This document shows, piece after piece, positions 46,211-55,489 of a stretch of DNA of 64,000 bases. A model generated the notes under the pieces. That model saw only the letters and a program-made list of their open reading frames with translations. It was not told the DNA's origin and made no database searches. The stretch's first letter is position 1. Each line of letters begins with the position of its first letter. The stretch is from Fimbriimonadaceae bacterium (lineage in GTDB: Bacteria > Armatimonadota > Fimbriimonadia > Fimbriimonadales > Fimbriimonadaceae), in NCBI GenBank assembly GCA_036502005.1, contig DASXZH010000075.1:10381-74380 (forward strand). Direction: 5' to 3'. The position numbers and the translations under genes were made by a program.

Positions 46211-48172
46211 GTGAGAATGATCGCGTCACAAATCCCCATCGGTGAGATTCTCGATTTACTCGGAAATGCTTTCGAGTCTCACATCGCCTTCATTGGCTCT
46301 GACCTCAGATACCGCTACGCGAACGATGCCTACCAGGCTTGGCACCTGCGCTCCCCGCAAATGATCGCAGGCAAAAGCATTCAAGACATCTTGGGAAGAG
46401 CGGAATACGAATCCTTGAAACCCCATTTGGATTACGCACTGGCCGGCAACAGAGATGAATTTGAGTTCTCAGCCCGGCACCCTACGGCAGGGATGCGGAC
46501 TTTTCTGGCTCGATTGGTCCCCGATACCATGCCCGATGGCACGGTAAACGGCGTCCTGCATATTTTTCGCGACGTCACCGAGGGCCGTAGGCGCGAGAGG
46601 GTTGACTCTGAGAAAAAGGCAGAGCAAGAGAAAGCTGAACGCGCCTTGCAGGCTTCGGAAAGCCGCTTCCGCACAATGGTCGACCGATCTCCGTTTGCCA
46701 TTCAGATTTTCGATTCCGAAGGCAAGTCTGTCCATTTTAACGAGGCCTGGAAAAGGCTGTGGCTTGGAGACCCGGAGGCGCTAAAGAATTACAGTCTGTT
46801 TGAAGATCCCCAGCTTGAAAAACTCGGCCTCACTCAGCTCTTCAAACTAGCTCTGGATGGCGAAACGATTGAAGTCGCGGCGTTTGAATACAAGCCAGCC
46901 GAAAGCGGCCTAACCGGCCGTCCTCGCTGGATCAGCGCCGTCGCTTATCCGGTGGCACTAGCCGCCGAACAGGAATTGGCTCTAATCTTCCAAGATGTGA
47001 CCGAGGAGCGCGAGGCGCAGATGGAGGTTCAAGCGATAAAAGAGCGGCTACAGCTCATCGTAAACACCGCCCTCGATGCCGCCATCACGATCGACTCAGA
47101 AGATCGAATTACAGCCTGGGACGGACAAGCAGCAAACATCTTTGGCTGGACCCGTGCAGAAGTTCTTGGCCAAAACTTATACGAAACGATTATCAGTAAG
47201 CCCGCGAGGGATCCCAAGAACCGAACTATGGCCAATCTATTGGTACACAAAGGCAAGGTTCTGCAGCACCGGCGGATCGAGATCATTGCCAATCACAAGC
47301 ATGGACACACTTTCCCGGCTGAAATCGCCATCGCATCGGCCAAGCAAAACGAAACGACCTTTTATATTATTTCGGCAAGGGACATTAGCGATCGGGTCCA
47401 GAGCCGGCAGGAGTTGCAAGAGCTCAACTCCCAGCTAGAAGCTAGAGTCGAAGCGCGAACCACCGAACTGAAAAAGACCAACGAAGAGCTAGCCGCAGCC
47501 TATAACAAGTTGGAAACTTTCAGCTATTCCGTTTCCCATGATCTTCGCAATCCTTTAAGAAGATTGATGGCTGTGGCAGCCATTCTGCAGGAAGATGCGC
47601 CCCTCAGCGGCGAACACAAAGAAGAACTTAATTCCATAAAAACCTTCGCCGAGAACATGACAAGGCTCATCGAGGACCACTTAAATTTTGCAAAGTCTGC
47701 CCATACTCAACTTCAGAGACAGGAAACCGACTTCTCGCACTTAGCATGGGCCGTTGCTCGTGAAGTAATGGAGGAGCATCCACGCACCGATGTTCGGGTC
47801 AGGACCCTACCAAATCTAACTGTCTCTGCGGATCCCCTTCTTTTGCGCGTTGTCTTAGAAAACCTTGTTGAAAACGGCGCCAAATTTAGCCAAAGTTGCC
47901 CAAATCCGGTAGTGGAAATCGGTACGACTACTCAAGAAAACGAACGGCTCTTCTTTGTCAGAGACAATGGAATTGGCTTCGATCCCGAGTTTTCGCACAA
48001 GCTGTTTGAGCCTTTCGAGAAGCTTCACCGGGAAGAAGAACTGGCCGGCACAGGCATCGGGCTCTCGAACACGAAAGAGATTATCGAAAGGCACGGCGGA
48101 AAGATCTGGGCGGAAGGCATCCCCGGCAAAGGAGCAACCTTTTTCTTTACCCTCGGGACCGCAGAACTTTAA
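46211..48172 (+). CDS. PAS-domain sensor histidine kinase (no adjacent response regulator)
   Basis: Three PAS-like modules. H-box FSYSVSHDLRNPLRRL, N-box LENLVENGAKFS, G1 VRDNGIGF, G2 GTGIGLS. Confidence 0.85.
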   Translation: MRMIASQIPIGEILDLLGNAFESHIAFIGSDLRYRYANDAYQAWHLRSPQMIAGKSIQDILGRAEYESLKPHLDYALAGNRDEFEFSARHPTAGMRTFLARLVPDTMPDGTVNGVLHIFRDVTEGRRRERVDSEKKAEQEKAERALQASESRFRTMVDRSPFAIQIFDSEGKSVHFNEAWKRLWLGDPEALKNYSLFEDPQLEKLGLTQLFKLALDGETIEVAAFEYKPAESGLTGRPRWISAVAYPVALAAEQELALIFQDVTEEREAQMEVQAIKERLQLIVNTALDAAITIDSEDRITAWDGQAANIFGWTRAEVLGQNLYETIISKPARDPKNRTMANLLVHKGKVLQHRRIEIIANHKHGHTFPAEIAIASAKQNETTFYIISARDISDRVQSRQELQELNSQLEARVEARTTELKKTNEELAAAYNKLETFSYSVSHDLRNPLRRLMAVAAILQEDAPLSGEHKEELNSIKTFAENMTRLIEDHLNFAKSAHTQLQRQETDFSHLAWAVAREVMEEHPRTDVRVRTLPNLTVSADPLLLRVVLENLVENGAKFSQSCPNPVVEIGTTTQENERLFFVRDNGIGFDPEFSHKLFEPFEKLHREEELAGTGIGLSNTKEIIERHGGKIWAEGIPGKGATFFFTLGTAEL

Positions 48173-49409
48173 CTCCGGCGCCAAAGCAGACGGCGCCAAT
48201 GGCAACCAAAATGGCACATGGCACTAACATTTCTTGAAAAGTGAAGCCTCGCCAGATCGCGCCCTCAATGCTTAATACCGTCCACTTGAGCGGGCTGAAG
48301 CTGCTCGCCGATTGCATCCAGCCCGGCATCATGAAAATGGGAATCATGCCTCCACCGAACATGGCCATCGTGATCATCACGCCCCATGAAGATCCGGAAA
48401 CCGCCTGCTCGGTGCGACCAAGAACGCTCAGCAGCATCATGATTCCAACCACGCAAAGGGAGCCGCATAAAATGGCCATCGCTAGCAGCAGCGGCGAGGT
48501 AAGGCGAACGTTGAATGCAAAGTGACCAATAAGAAGGAGCAAGGCCATAACTCCCGCGCAAGCGATAAGGCAGGCCAAAGCTTTTCCGGCCAAGATTTCG
48601 CCCATAGACATGGTGGATTGCAAGCGCACCAAGGTGCCCTGTTCTCGCTCCTTCACCAGGGAAACGACGAAGCTGGAAATGACGCCCAGGAGGCCCCAGA
48701 TAATAGCTTGCGGGAAGGTGATTTCGAAAGCGGAAGCAGGTTTTGATCCAGATGCCGATATCGGCTTTTGCTCGACCTGAGGTCCTTCAAATTCGAAACT
48801 CGCGGTGGATGCTTGAGGATCGGTATCGCGCTTGGTTTGCAGGTCGCTCGCGTAATGCATCAATTGCATTAGGTCTTTCTTGCGGGCCGGGTCCAAAGTG
48901 GAGTTTTGGACATTGCTGAGGTTCTCCGCCAAGTCTTGCGGATTCATTTGCATGGCGTCGCCCATAAGTTTTGAGGCCGCACCGGTTGCAATACCTTGGA
49001 GCATTCCCGCCTCCGCTTGGTGGCTAGGGTCGATGCCCAGTTGAATGGCCGGCCCCTTGGCATACTGAAAAGTTTGCACCTCGTGGCCGAAGCCTTTCGG
49101 GATCAAAATATAGGCTGAGAGGTTTCCCTTCCTCACGGACTCTTTCGCAGCGCTCAAAGCGTCACTTTGCGCTGGCGCCAAAACGTTCAGAGCGGTCGAG
49201 TCCTTGAGGCCCTTTACAAGCTCTTGGGATTGCTTGCTATTGTCTTGATCGATGAGAACAACATCGATCTTTGAAGCCCCGTTCGATCCGCCAAAAATGG
49301 AGCCAAATAGGATGGCGATCATCAGCGGAAAGACCAAGACCCAAAAGAGGGCGGATTTGTCGCGGACCAGCAGCTTAACGTCTTTAAGTGCTAGGGTTAG
49401 GCTTTTCAT
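48147..49409 (-). CDS. ABC-2 type transporter permease with large extracytoplasmic loop
   Basis: 420 aa. TM1, then a ~200-aa loop, then five C-terminal TMs: the YhaP/NatB-like topology. Confidence 0.75.
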   Translation of the reverse strand: MKSLTLALKDVKLLVRDKSALFWVLVFPLMIAILFGSIFGGSNGASKIDVVLIDQDNSKQSQELVKGLKDSTALNVLAPAQSDALSAAKESVRKGNLSAYILIPKGFGHEVQTFQYAKGPAIQLGIDPSHQAEAGMLQGIATGAASKLMGDAMQMNPQDLAENLSNVQNSTLDPARKKDLMQLMHYASDLQTKRDTDPQASTASFEFEGPQVEQKPISASGSKPASAFEITFPQAIIWGLLGVISSFVVSLVKEREQGTLVRLQSTMSMGEILAGKALACLIACAGVMALLLLIGHFAFNVRLTSPLLLAMAILCGSLCVVGIMMLLSVLGRTEQAVSGSSWGVMITMAMFGGGMIPIFMMPGWMQSASSFSPLKWTVLSIEGAIWRGFTFQEMLVPCAILVAIGAVCFGAGVKVLRSRG

Positions 49410-49410
49410 A

Positions 49411-50298
49411 TCAGTCTCTCAGGCTCCTGCCGGTCAGGTTAAGAAACACCGTTTCCAAATTCGGGCTTTCCATTTTCAAAGATTTCATGGCGACACCCGC
49501 GCCAGCCAGCTTAGCCATGTCCGCGAACGGCTCCTTGGATTTAAGGGTGAGAATAGAGCCGGTAACTTCGGCTCCGGCGAAAACGAAGCTATCGGGCATG
49601 CGTTCAAACTCTGCGATCAGCGTGGACTCGGCTCCAAACTGGCCAATGAGTTCTTGCACGGTTCCCTGCGCCAAAATCTTGCCTTGATCCATGATCGCAA
49701 CCCTATCGCAAAGGCGCTCGGCCTCTTCCATGTAGTGGGTGGTGTAGATGATGGTCAGACCCTCGTCCCTCAGTTTCTCAACCGTATCGAACAGGAAGTT
49801 CCGAGACTGGGGGTCCACGCCCACCGTTGGCTCATCCAGGAAAACTACTTCGGGGGCATGAACAAGTGCGCAGACGAGATTCAATCTTCGCTTCATACCG
49901 CCTGAAAACGTGCCCACTATGTCCTTGCGGCGATCGGCCAGACCGGCCAGTTCTAAAGCCCAAGTCGTTCTTTCCGAAAGTTGTGGCCCGCCAAGGCCGG
50001 ATAGCTTCCCAAAGAACATCAGGTTTTCTTCGGCGGTGAGACGCTCATAGATGGCAAGGGATTGAGGAGCAAGGCCTATGCGCTTTTTTGCCGCCGCCGA
50101 GATTGGGTCATCCCCGCTGATCTTAACCGTTCCGCTATCGGGCTTTAGCAAGCCCGCCATGATTGAGATCGTGGTGGACTTCCCCGCCCCGTTTGGACCC
50201 AGCAACCCAAACATCTCTCCTTTGTTTATGGTTAGGGAAACTCCATCTACCGCAACGAGTGAGCCGTAGCTCTTTTTAAGATTAGATACTTCAATCAC
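49411..50298 (-). CDS. ABC transporter ATP-binding protein
   Basis: Walker A GPNGAGKST, signature FSGGMKRRL, Walker B VVFLDEPTVGVD. Confidence 0.9.
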   Translation of the reverse strand: MIEVSNLKKSYGSLVAVDGVSLTINKGEMFGLLGPNGAGKSTTISIMAGLLKPDSGTVKISGDDPISAAAKKRIGLAPQSLAIYERLTAEENLMFFGKLSGLGGPQLSERTTWALELAGLADRRKDIVGTFSGGMKRRLNLVCALVHAPEVVFLDEPTVGVDPQSRNFLFDTVEKLRDEGLTIIYTTHYMEEAERLCDRVAIMDQGKILAQGTVQELIGQFGAESTLIAEFERMPDSFVFAGAEVTGSILTLKSKEPFADMAKLAGAGVAMKSLKMESPNLETVFLNLTGRSLRD

Positions 50299-50360
50299 GA
50301 CTAACTATCATCATAGCTGCGGTTTGTTCTGGCGATAAGGCGATGGGCCTATTGGCAGAT

Positions 50361-50423
50361 GTGATAGGTGAAAGGTGATGGGGGATAGGAGATAGGAGAT
50401 AGGAGATAGGAGATAGGGGATGG
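50361..50423. repeat. nine tandem heptamers, consensus GRGATAG
   Basis: GTGATAG GTGAAAG GTGATGG GGGATAG GAGATAG x4 GGGATGG, in perfect phase. Confidence 0.85.
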
Positions 50424-50453
50424 GCAGAAAAATGAAACCGGATCAAGTCCGGT
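50424..50453 (-). terminator. intrinsic terminator candidate after the CDP-alcohol phosphatidyltransferase gene
   Basis: Minus strand reads ACCGGA-CTTGA-TCCGGT followed by TTCATTTTTCTGC. The stem is only 6 bp. Confidence 0.4.
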
Positions 50454-50467
50454 CACTTAAGCGAGCG

Positions 50468-51045
50468 TCAACCGCTCTCCGCATTGACCTGAGCCTGCCT
50501 TTTCGCATGAAAGCATGAGAGCACATCGTGGTGCCAGCCGGGCAGGATTGTCTTGATTGCGGTCGCGTCGGCGAAACTAATGAGCCCAAATACCAAAGCG
50601 ACCCAAACCAGCGCCCCAGTGTGAAAGGCCAGCACTCCCACAAACGCAAGGTAAAGGGTGAAACCCCACAGCTTGGCGGAATAGGCGTGTAATGAACTTA
50701 TCCTTCCATACCGAATCAGGTCGTAAGTGTAAGAGGCGACCTGAAGGACGATCTCGATCGTTATGGGAATCCAAACAGAGATCAAAACTGTCTTATCTGC
50801 CGCCCACGCGGTTGCAACCACCCAAATAAAGAACCATGCATCGGCCCGGCTATCCATTACGCGTAAGGGCGCGGTGGCGATTTTGAGCCGTCTGGCAATA
50901 ACGCCGTCGAAAATGTCGCTCAGCATAGCGACTATAAGCACTCCAATAATAACGGCACTACTAGCTGAATAAAAGCATATTGCAAATAAACTGGGCCGAG
51001 AATGAACCGAAGCGCAATAAGAAAGGCGGGAACGAGCTTCAGCAT
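50468..51045 (-). pseudogene. CDP-alcohol phosphatidyltransferase, frame broken once near the 5-prime end
   Basis: ATG 51045 gives MLKLVPAFLIALRFILGPV (family-typical first TM) and stops at 50932. The motif-bearing part (DIFDGVIARR...DSRAD) is in another frame that is open upstream through RPSLFAICFYSASSAVIIGVL. The switch is likely near 50985-50998. Confidence 0.65.
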
Positions 51046-51048
51046 TGT

Positions 51049-51450
51049 ATGAGTATGGGTCAAACTTATAAAGTGGACACAGAGCTTCGCCACCTGGAAA
51101 AGATCGCGCATGAATTCGAGGATGTACTCCGTGTTTTGCGCTCTCTTGAAGCCAACACCACAGACGGCGAAAAACGCATGGAGATCCATGCCTTCACCGT
51201 TCTTGCCACCCGCTATTACAACTCTTGCTATTCCACCTCGCAGCTTTTGAGGGCGATGGAGTTGCTGGAGCGCAGCTCGCCCGAATCGCGCGAGATGATT
51301 TCAGCCGATATTCGCAAGCTAAAGGAGCACGGGTCCACCGGCGGAAACGCGTTGCCTGTTTCCAAACCTGCGGAAGTAAAGGAACTCCTTACCAACGCCC
51401 AGAAGGTTCTGGGTGAGGCGAAAAAGTTTGTAGAGCCTCACGGGGAGTAA
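51049..51450 (+). CDS. hypothetical helical protein
   Basis: 133-aa ORF from ATG 51049 (MSMGQTYKVDTELRHLEKIAHEFEDV). No motif. The start is only 3 nt from the divergent 51045 start, so it is uncertain. Confidence 0.35.
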   Translation: MSMGQTYKVDTELRHLEKIAHEFEDVLRVLRSLEANTTDGEKRMEIHAFTVLATRYYNSCYSTSQLLRAMELLERSSPESREMISADIRKLKEHGSTGGNALPVSKPAEVKELLTNAQKVLGEAKKFVEPHGE

Positions 51451-51666
51451 AAGATCGCTCGTTCCTAGGACCTAGAAAAGCTGTATCGTCGCGGGTTGGC
51501 TCTCTTATGAACAGGGCGATCTGCTCGGCTACCCCTAAATCGTTGAATCTTCGGCGTTTTTCCTAATGCCCTGTCCTACCCGGCAGAACGATTCGCAAAG
51601 CCTCGCGTTCAGAAACCAAATCGTTGCAAAGGAAAATAGATTTCGGAGATCATCGTTATCCCAGAC

Positions 51667-52428
51667 TCATGGGTCAGTTTCTGCATCAGCTCGCTTCTTC
51701 ACTTTTGGTACTTGAAATCCGTAGGGCCTCAAGATTGCCAACAAAACTTCATACTTTTTCTTAAGCGTCCTATCCTCAGACATGTAGTTTTTTAAGACTT
51801 CTTGCCAGCCCCAGTCGAACAGCATGCAGTAAATCTCAGCCATATCGCGAGTTTCGCTTGATTTAGCTAAAGAATCTACGAAGCCAGGACTAGGGTGGTT
51901 CAGTGCGCCATCAAGCCGCCCAGGAACATATGGTTGTGCGTAATTAAATCGAGCCGCTGATTCCCAAGCCGCGTTCTTCCATGCCTCGCCGCCTTTAAAC
52001 CTGCGCAAAAAATAAGAAAACAACGCATTATCTACATAGTGTGCTCGGACAACATGAAAGGTATTTGCCAAGCCGCAATCCACTATAAGGGATTCTGACT
52101 CCGTATCTGGAGTTGCGCCCAGTCGAACGCCATTTTGAAAAAGACCCTTTACTAGAACTACTCTCTTAATTCCTAACCTGTGTCGATAAGCTGGAGAAAG
52201 TTCGCTCAGTTCGAGTTTCACCATCGAGAGCATCTTAATACAGCGCTTATCAGAGTCCCCGGGGGTGTATCTCAAGCCGGAAATCACGCGTGATGGCTTA
52301 GTCGCCACACCACAACCCATTGCGCCCAAATCCGACGTCAACTTCGCCATGGCTGGTTCAGTTTTGGCTCTCAATTGGTTACTCGGAAAAAAGGCCGCAC
52401 AAACAAGACACATAGGAAATAACATCAT
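51667..52428 (-). CDS. hypothetical exported protein (low-GC module, gene 2)
   Basis: 253 aa with a hydrophobic N-terminus MMLFPMCLVCAAFF. ATGA overlap with the upstream ORF. No motif recognised. Confidence 0.55.
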   Translation of the reverse strand: MMLFPMCLVCAAFFPSNQLRAKTEPAMAKLTSDLGAMGCGVATKPSRVISGLRYTPGDSDKRCIKMLSMVKLELSELSPAYRHRLGIKRVVLVKGLFQNGVRLGATPDTESESLIVDCGLANTFHVVRAHYVDNALFSYFLRRFKGGEAWKNAAWESAARFNYAQPYVPGRLDGALNHPSPGFVDSLAKSSETRDMAEIYCMLFDWGWQEVLKNYMSEDRTLKKKYEVLLAILRPYGFQVPKVKKRADAETDP

Positions 52429-53250
52429 GAAACTGCCTTTAGGACCGGTAAAGCTTCTGTGGCCCCTGCCTCCAAATTCAAATCAGTAACTATCAAAGAC
52501 ATTTCTTTAACCAACTGATACAATAGTGAGAGCTGACTTGGGTTCAAGAGTTCAAGATCGAGCGACTGATTTCTAGCACTCTTTAACTTTAAAACCTGTA
52601 GAAAAGTGGAAATAGCGCGCTCGTTGGCCAGTTTGTCCCCGTCACAAATCATAGCCATCTGGAACGCAATAACACCCGCAACGCGAACCATTATTGTCGG
52701 GTTAGCAAAGAAAACTAAATCGGGCTCAGTCAAACAATAAGTCACATCAAATGGCTCCCGCAAATATTCTCCGTACCACGAATCTCCATCGACCACCCCA
52801 TCGTCGTATTCTTCAATATCTTCTTCGGAGAGTGCCGGGAGGTCTTTCCATAGCGCAACCACTTGGGATTTCCAGAGCCCGGATTTGATGTCAACAACTT
52901 CCCGGAATCTGCGTCCTTTTTCGCGGAGCAAAATGCTTTGAAGGATTACATCCATATATATTTTTAGTGCCGCCTGGGACTTGGGCAATTCCTTCTTGAC
53001 CAAACGCCTGGTCTGATCGAAGGGCTAACCTTCTATGTCCTCCAGTTCTCATACCTAATATGCCGCTTTGCAGCCCATTTACGACGGGCCCACGGCCAAC
53101 AGCAAAAGTTATAGGATACGCACCACTATCTATTACTGTTGAATCTCTAAGATTGGAGCGAACAGTAACTGTGACGACGTCACCGTTTTGGACTGTTTCC
53201 TGACCCGTGCCGATAACCAGGTCCTTTATTTCACTCATGCCACGACTCAT
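52425..53250 (-). pseudogene. divergent FKBP-like domain joined (through one frame change) to a ~170-aa unknown domain (low-GC module, gene 1)
   Basis: ATG 53250 gives IKDLVIGTGQETVQNGDVVTVTV...FAVGRGPVVNGLQSGILGMRTGGHRRLALRSDQAFGQ, collinear with FKBP12. The expected last strand (LPKSQAALKIYMDVIL) is in the frame of ORF 52425-53003. The switch lies around 52990-53000. Confidence 0.5.
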
Positions 53251-53286
53251 GCCAATATTGAAGCAGACATAGCCTAGTTATACACT

Positions 53287-53376
53287 GGATTTGTGAGCCG
53301 GTGGCAATGCCACGTAGATTGCTGCGTAGCTAGCCCGCCTACGGCGCGCTGCCTCTCCTCGCAACGACAAATTTCC
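53287..53376 (+). repeat. family-2 small palindromic element, copy 1
   Basis: GGATTTGTGAGCCGGTGGCA...GTAGATTGC...CGGCGCGC...GACAAATTTCC. The ends are inverted repeats of each other. About 70% identical to the reverse complement of 61605-61691. Confidence 0.65.
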
Positions 53377-53441
53377 TATTTTGGGGGCGGCAAAGAATCC
53401 TAAAATGCTTTGCGATTTCCTAATAGCCTTAAGCCTTCCAC

Positions 53442-53574
53442 TAGGTTCAAATAGCGCCTTGTCACTCTAAGCGCGACCTCCGGGCCGAAGCGAGGGACGG
53501 GTGCGACTCAACCCAATTCAGGCAAATCGTGAAAGTGTTGGGCCGCTTGCGGTTCTTCACCATCACGATTTGCC
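53442..53574 (+). repeat. family-1 intergenic element, copy C
   Basis: TAGGTTCAAATAGCG..TTGTCACTC...GCGAGGGACGGG...GGCAAATCGTGA(30 nt)TCACGATTTGCC. The terminal 12-bp perfect hairpin is at 53521-53532 / 53563-53574. Confidence 0.7.
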
Positions 53575-53587
53575 ACACAAGACTTTC

Positions 53588-54451
53588 CTAAACCGCGACT
53601 TCTCCGTATGCGTCCAAGTTCTGGGCGCCATACTTTGCCAAGATCGCCTCTACTTCAGATCGAGCGGTATCTGACGTTAGCGCAACAGCTAAAATGGCTC
53701 CGCCGCGGTCAAATGCCTCGTGATAAACGGTGAGAACATCATCTGGAACACCTTGATCCTTCAGATACCCAACGACTCCTCCAGCTATAGCGCCTGCTCC
53801 CGCTGCGCCGGCAGTTCCGAGGACTCCCGCTGCCAGTGCGCCACCGCCGATAACCATGCCAATGCCTGGTACAAAAACAGCGGCCAAAGTTGCCAAAATC
53901 CCGACTCCTATTCCAGCGGCTAATCCCTTAACCGCGCCCGAACCGGCATCGGCAGCGGTCGTTGTCGTAATGCCTGATTTGGCGGCAACGGGATGCCGAA
54001 TGAGGGTGGGATCGTGAACAACAGCTTGGTCGACGGGGAGTGTGTCAGTCGGCGGATTGAAGACCGGGGCTCCGTCGTCATCGATAAAGGGCTGGTCGCC
54101 GGATCGATAAAAGGTCGCCGCATCCGTCGATTCGATTCCACCAGCCATCCCGTATCCAGAGGCAATATTTGAGCCAGGTTCCGACCAAACGCCCTGAGGC
54201 TGCGTCGTCGAGTTGCTAAAATCGTTCACCGCAGAGTGCCCGATGACGCTGCCGGTCGTCTCGTTCTGCTCGATTTCATTTCGGATTCGATCCTGCTCAG
54301 CAGCAGCAATCGATGACCGGCGCTCTTCGTCGTACTGTTCGTGAGCTAGGATGCTAATATCCTGGGACTTCAGCCCGTGGTCAAGTAGGGCACCAGCCGC
54401 CCTTTCCGCGTCTGCCGGCTTGGCAAACGATGCAAATAATGTCGATTTCAT
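53588..54451 (-). CDS. YflT/general-stress-protein-17M-like protein with glycine-zipper membrane segment
   Basis: N-terminal FASFAKPADAERAAGALLDHGLKSQDISIL, a Gly/Ala-rich hydrophobic region, and C-terminal YLKDQGVPDDVLTVYHEAFDRGGAILAV. Confidence 0.5.
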   Translation of the reverse strand: MKSTLFASFAKPADAERAAGALLDHGLKSQDISILAHEQYDEERRSSIAAAEQDRIRNEIEQNETTGSVIGHSAVNDFSNSTTQPQGVWSEPGSNIASGYGMAGGIESTDAATFYRSGDQPFIDDDGAPVFNPPTDTLPVDQAVVHDPTLIRHPVAAKSGITTTTAADAGSGAVKGLAAGIGVGILATLAAVFVPGIGMVIGGGALAAGVLGTAGAAGAGAIAGGVVGYLKDQGVPDDVLTVYHEAFDRGGAILAVALTSDTARSEVEAILAKYGAQNLDAYGEVAV

Positions 54452-54475
54452 TTCTCTCTCTCCCTTTCCTTTTGT

Positions 54476-55252
54476 TTAATCCGTAGCCTCGATGAGTTGC
54501 ACATTTCGCGCGCCAACATCTTCCAAAACTTGCTGGATAACATCATAATCTGCTCCTCCCGGAGGAGTTGCAATGGCAACTACCGCGCCACCTTTCTCAA
54601 AATCTGCCCCCAACATGAACGCTAAATCAGCTGGCACGCCCTGGTCTTCAAGGTAATCCTGAATATGAGCGGCCGGGACGCCGCCCACTTCGTCGGCCAT
54701 GCCGGCCCCCATCACGCTGGTTGCCAGCGCGCCATCCCCGATGGCGATTCCGAGATTCGGTATTGCGACGGAGGAAATCTCGTCGCCAATTGCATTTTTG
54801 TCCACGTTGGGCAAACCTAAGCTTTCCTGGTTTGGCTTGGTCGTGTTGAAAAACCCGGTGTTAGTTGCCTGCACGGTATCGCGCCTTTCCTGCGAAGAAT
54901 AGGATTGGGCGCTGGCCGGATAGCTCATCTCTTCGGCCGCTTCCTGCGAATCGTCCATCTCCTCCACGCTGGAAACGTCGTCGTCAGGAGTTGAAGTGCT
55001 GATTCCTCCGCCTATTCGCGACTCGTGAACATAGGAGCCTTCCGTTTGGATACCGGTGTGGCCGAACCTAATGGTTTCCGCGTCCCCCGAATCAACCATG
55101 ACCAAGGCCTCGTTGCTGTCTTCTAAGCTGGCGTGGTTGTTTTTGACAATGAGGCTCATGTCCTCCGCGGCAACACCGGATTCTAGTAGCGAGCCGACCA
55201 AACGCTCAGCGACTTCGCCATTTGTGAACGATGCAAAAACTGTTGGTAACAT
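54476..55252 (-). CDS. paralogue of 53588-54451 (YflT-like N- and C-terminal modules)
   Basis: FASFTNGEVAERLVGSLLESGVAAEDMSLIV ... YLEDQGVPADLAFMLGADFEKGGAVVAI. Same architecture with an acidic middle region. Confidence 0.5.
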   Translation of the reverse strand: MLPTVFASFTNGEVAERLVGSLLESGVAAEDMSLIVKNNHASLEDSNEALVMVDSGDAETIRFGHTGIQTEGSYVHESRIGGGISTSTPDDDVSSVEEMDDSQEAAEEMSYPASAQSYSSQERRDTVQATNTGFFNTTKPNQESLGLPNVDKNAIGDEISSVAIPNLGIAIGDGALATSVMGAGMADEVGGVPAAHIQDYLEDQGVPADLAFMLGADFEKGGAVVAIATPPGGADYDVIQQVLEDVGARNVQLIEATD

Positions 55253-55342
55253 CCCTTTACCTCTCTTACTGGATGACCTCAGTATAAGCGCGCATGTTCC
55301 TGCATGCGTGTGGTGATTAACGTGGACGCAGGGTTAGGAATT

Positions 55343-55370
55343 TTTGGATTTTTGATTTTTGATGTTTGAT
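55343..55370. repeat. four tandem heptamers (TTTGGAT TTTTGAT TTTTGAT GTTTGAT)
   Basis: Read directly. Followed by two copies of TCCCTCGCA(A/C)GGAGTTC at 55392 and 55453. Confidence 0.7.
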
Positions 55371-55489
55371 TGGTGGCAGGGTCACCGGCATCCCTCGCAA
55401 GGAGTTCGGGACAAGGGCCATAAATGCTGTCCGCTTGGGCTTTGCCCCCGGGTTCCCTCGCACGGAGTTCATGATGACAAACTTGACTA

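Noticed and set aside
49252-49905. 217-aa plus-strand ORF antisense to the ABC-2 permease/ATPase junction
   Set aside because: It is antisense to two genes with unambiguous Walker/signature motifs. It has no motif of its own and spans their stop/start junction.
51451-53587. Calling the low-GC segment a mobile element or genomic island
   Set aside because: No integrase, transposase, tRNA boundary or direct-repeat ends were found. Only compositional deviation and nearby small repeats are present, so it is reported as a finding rather than annotated as a mobile element.
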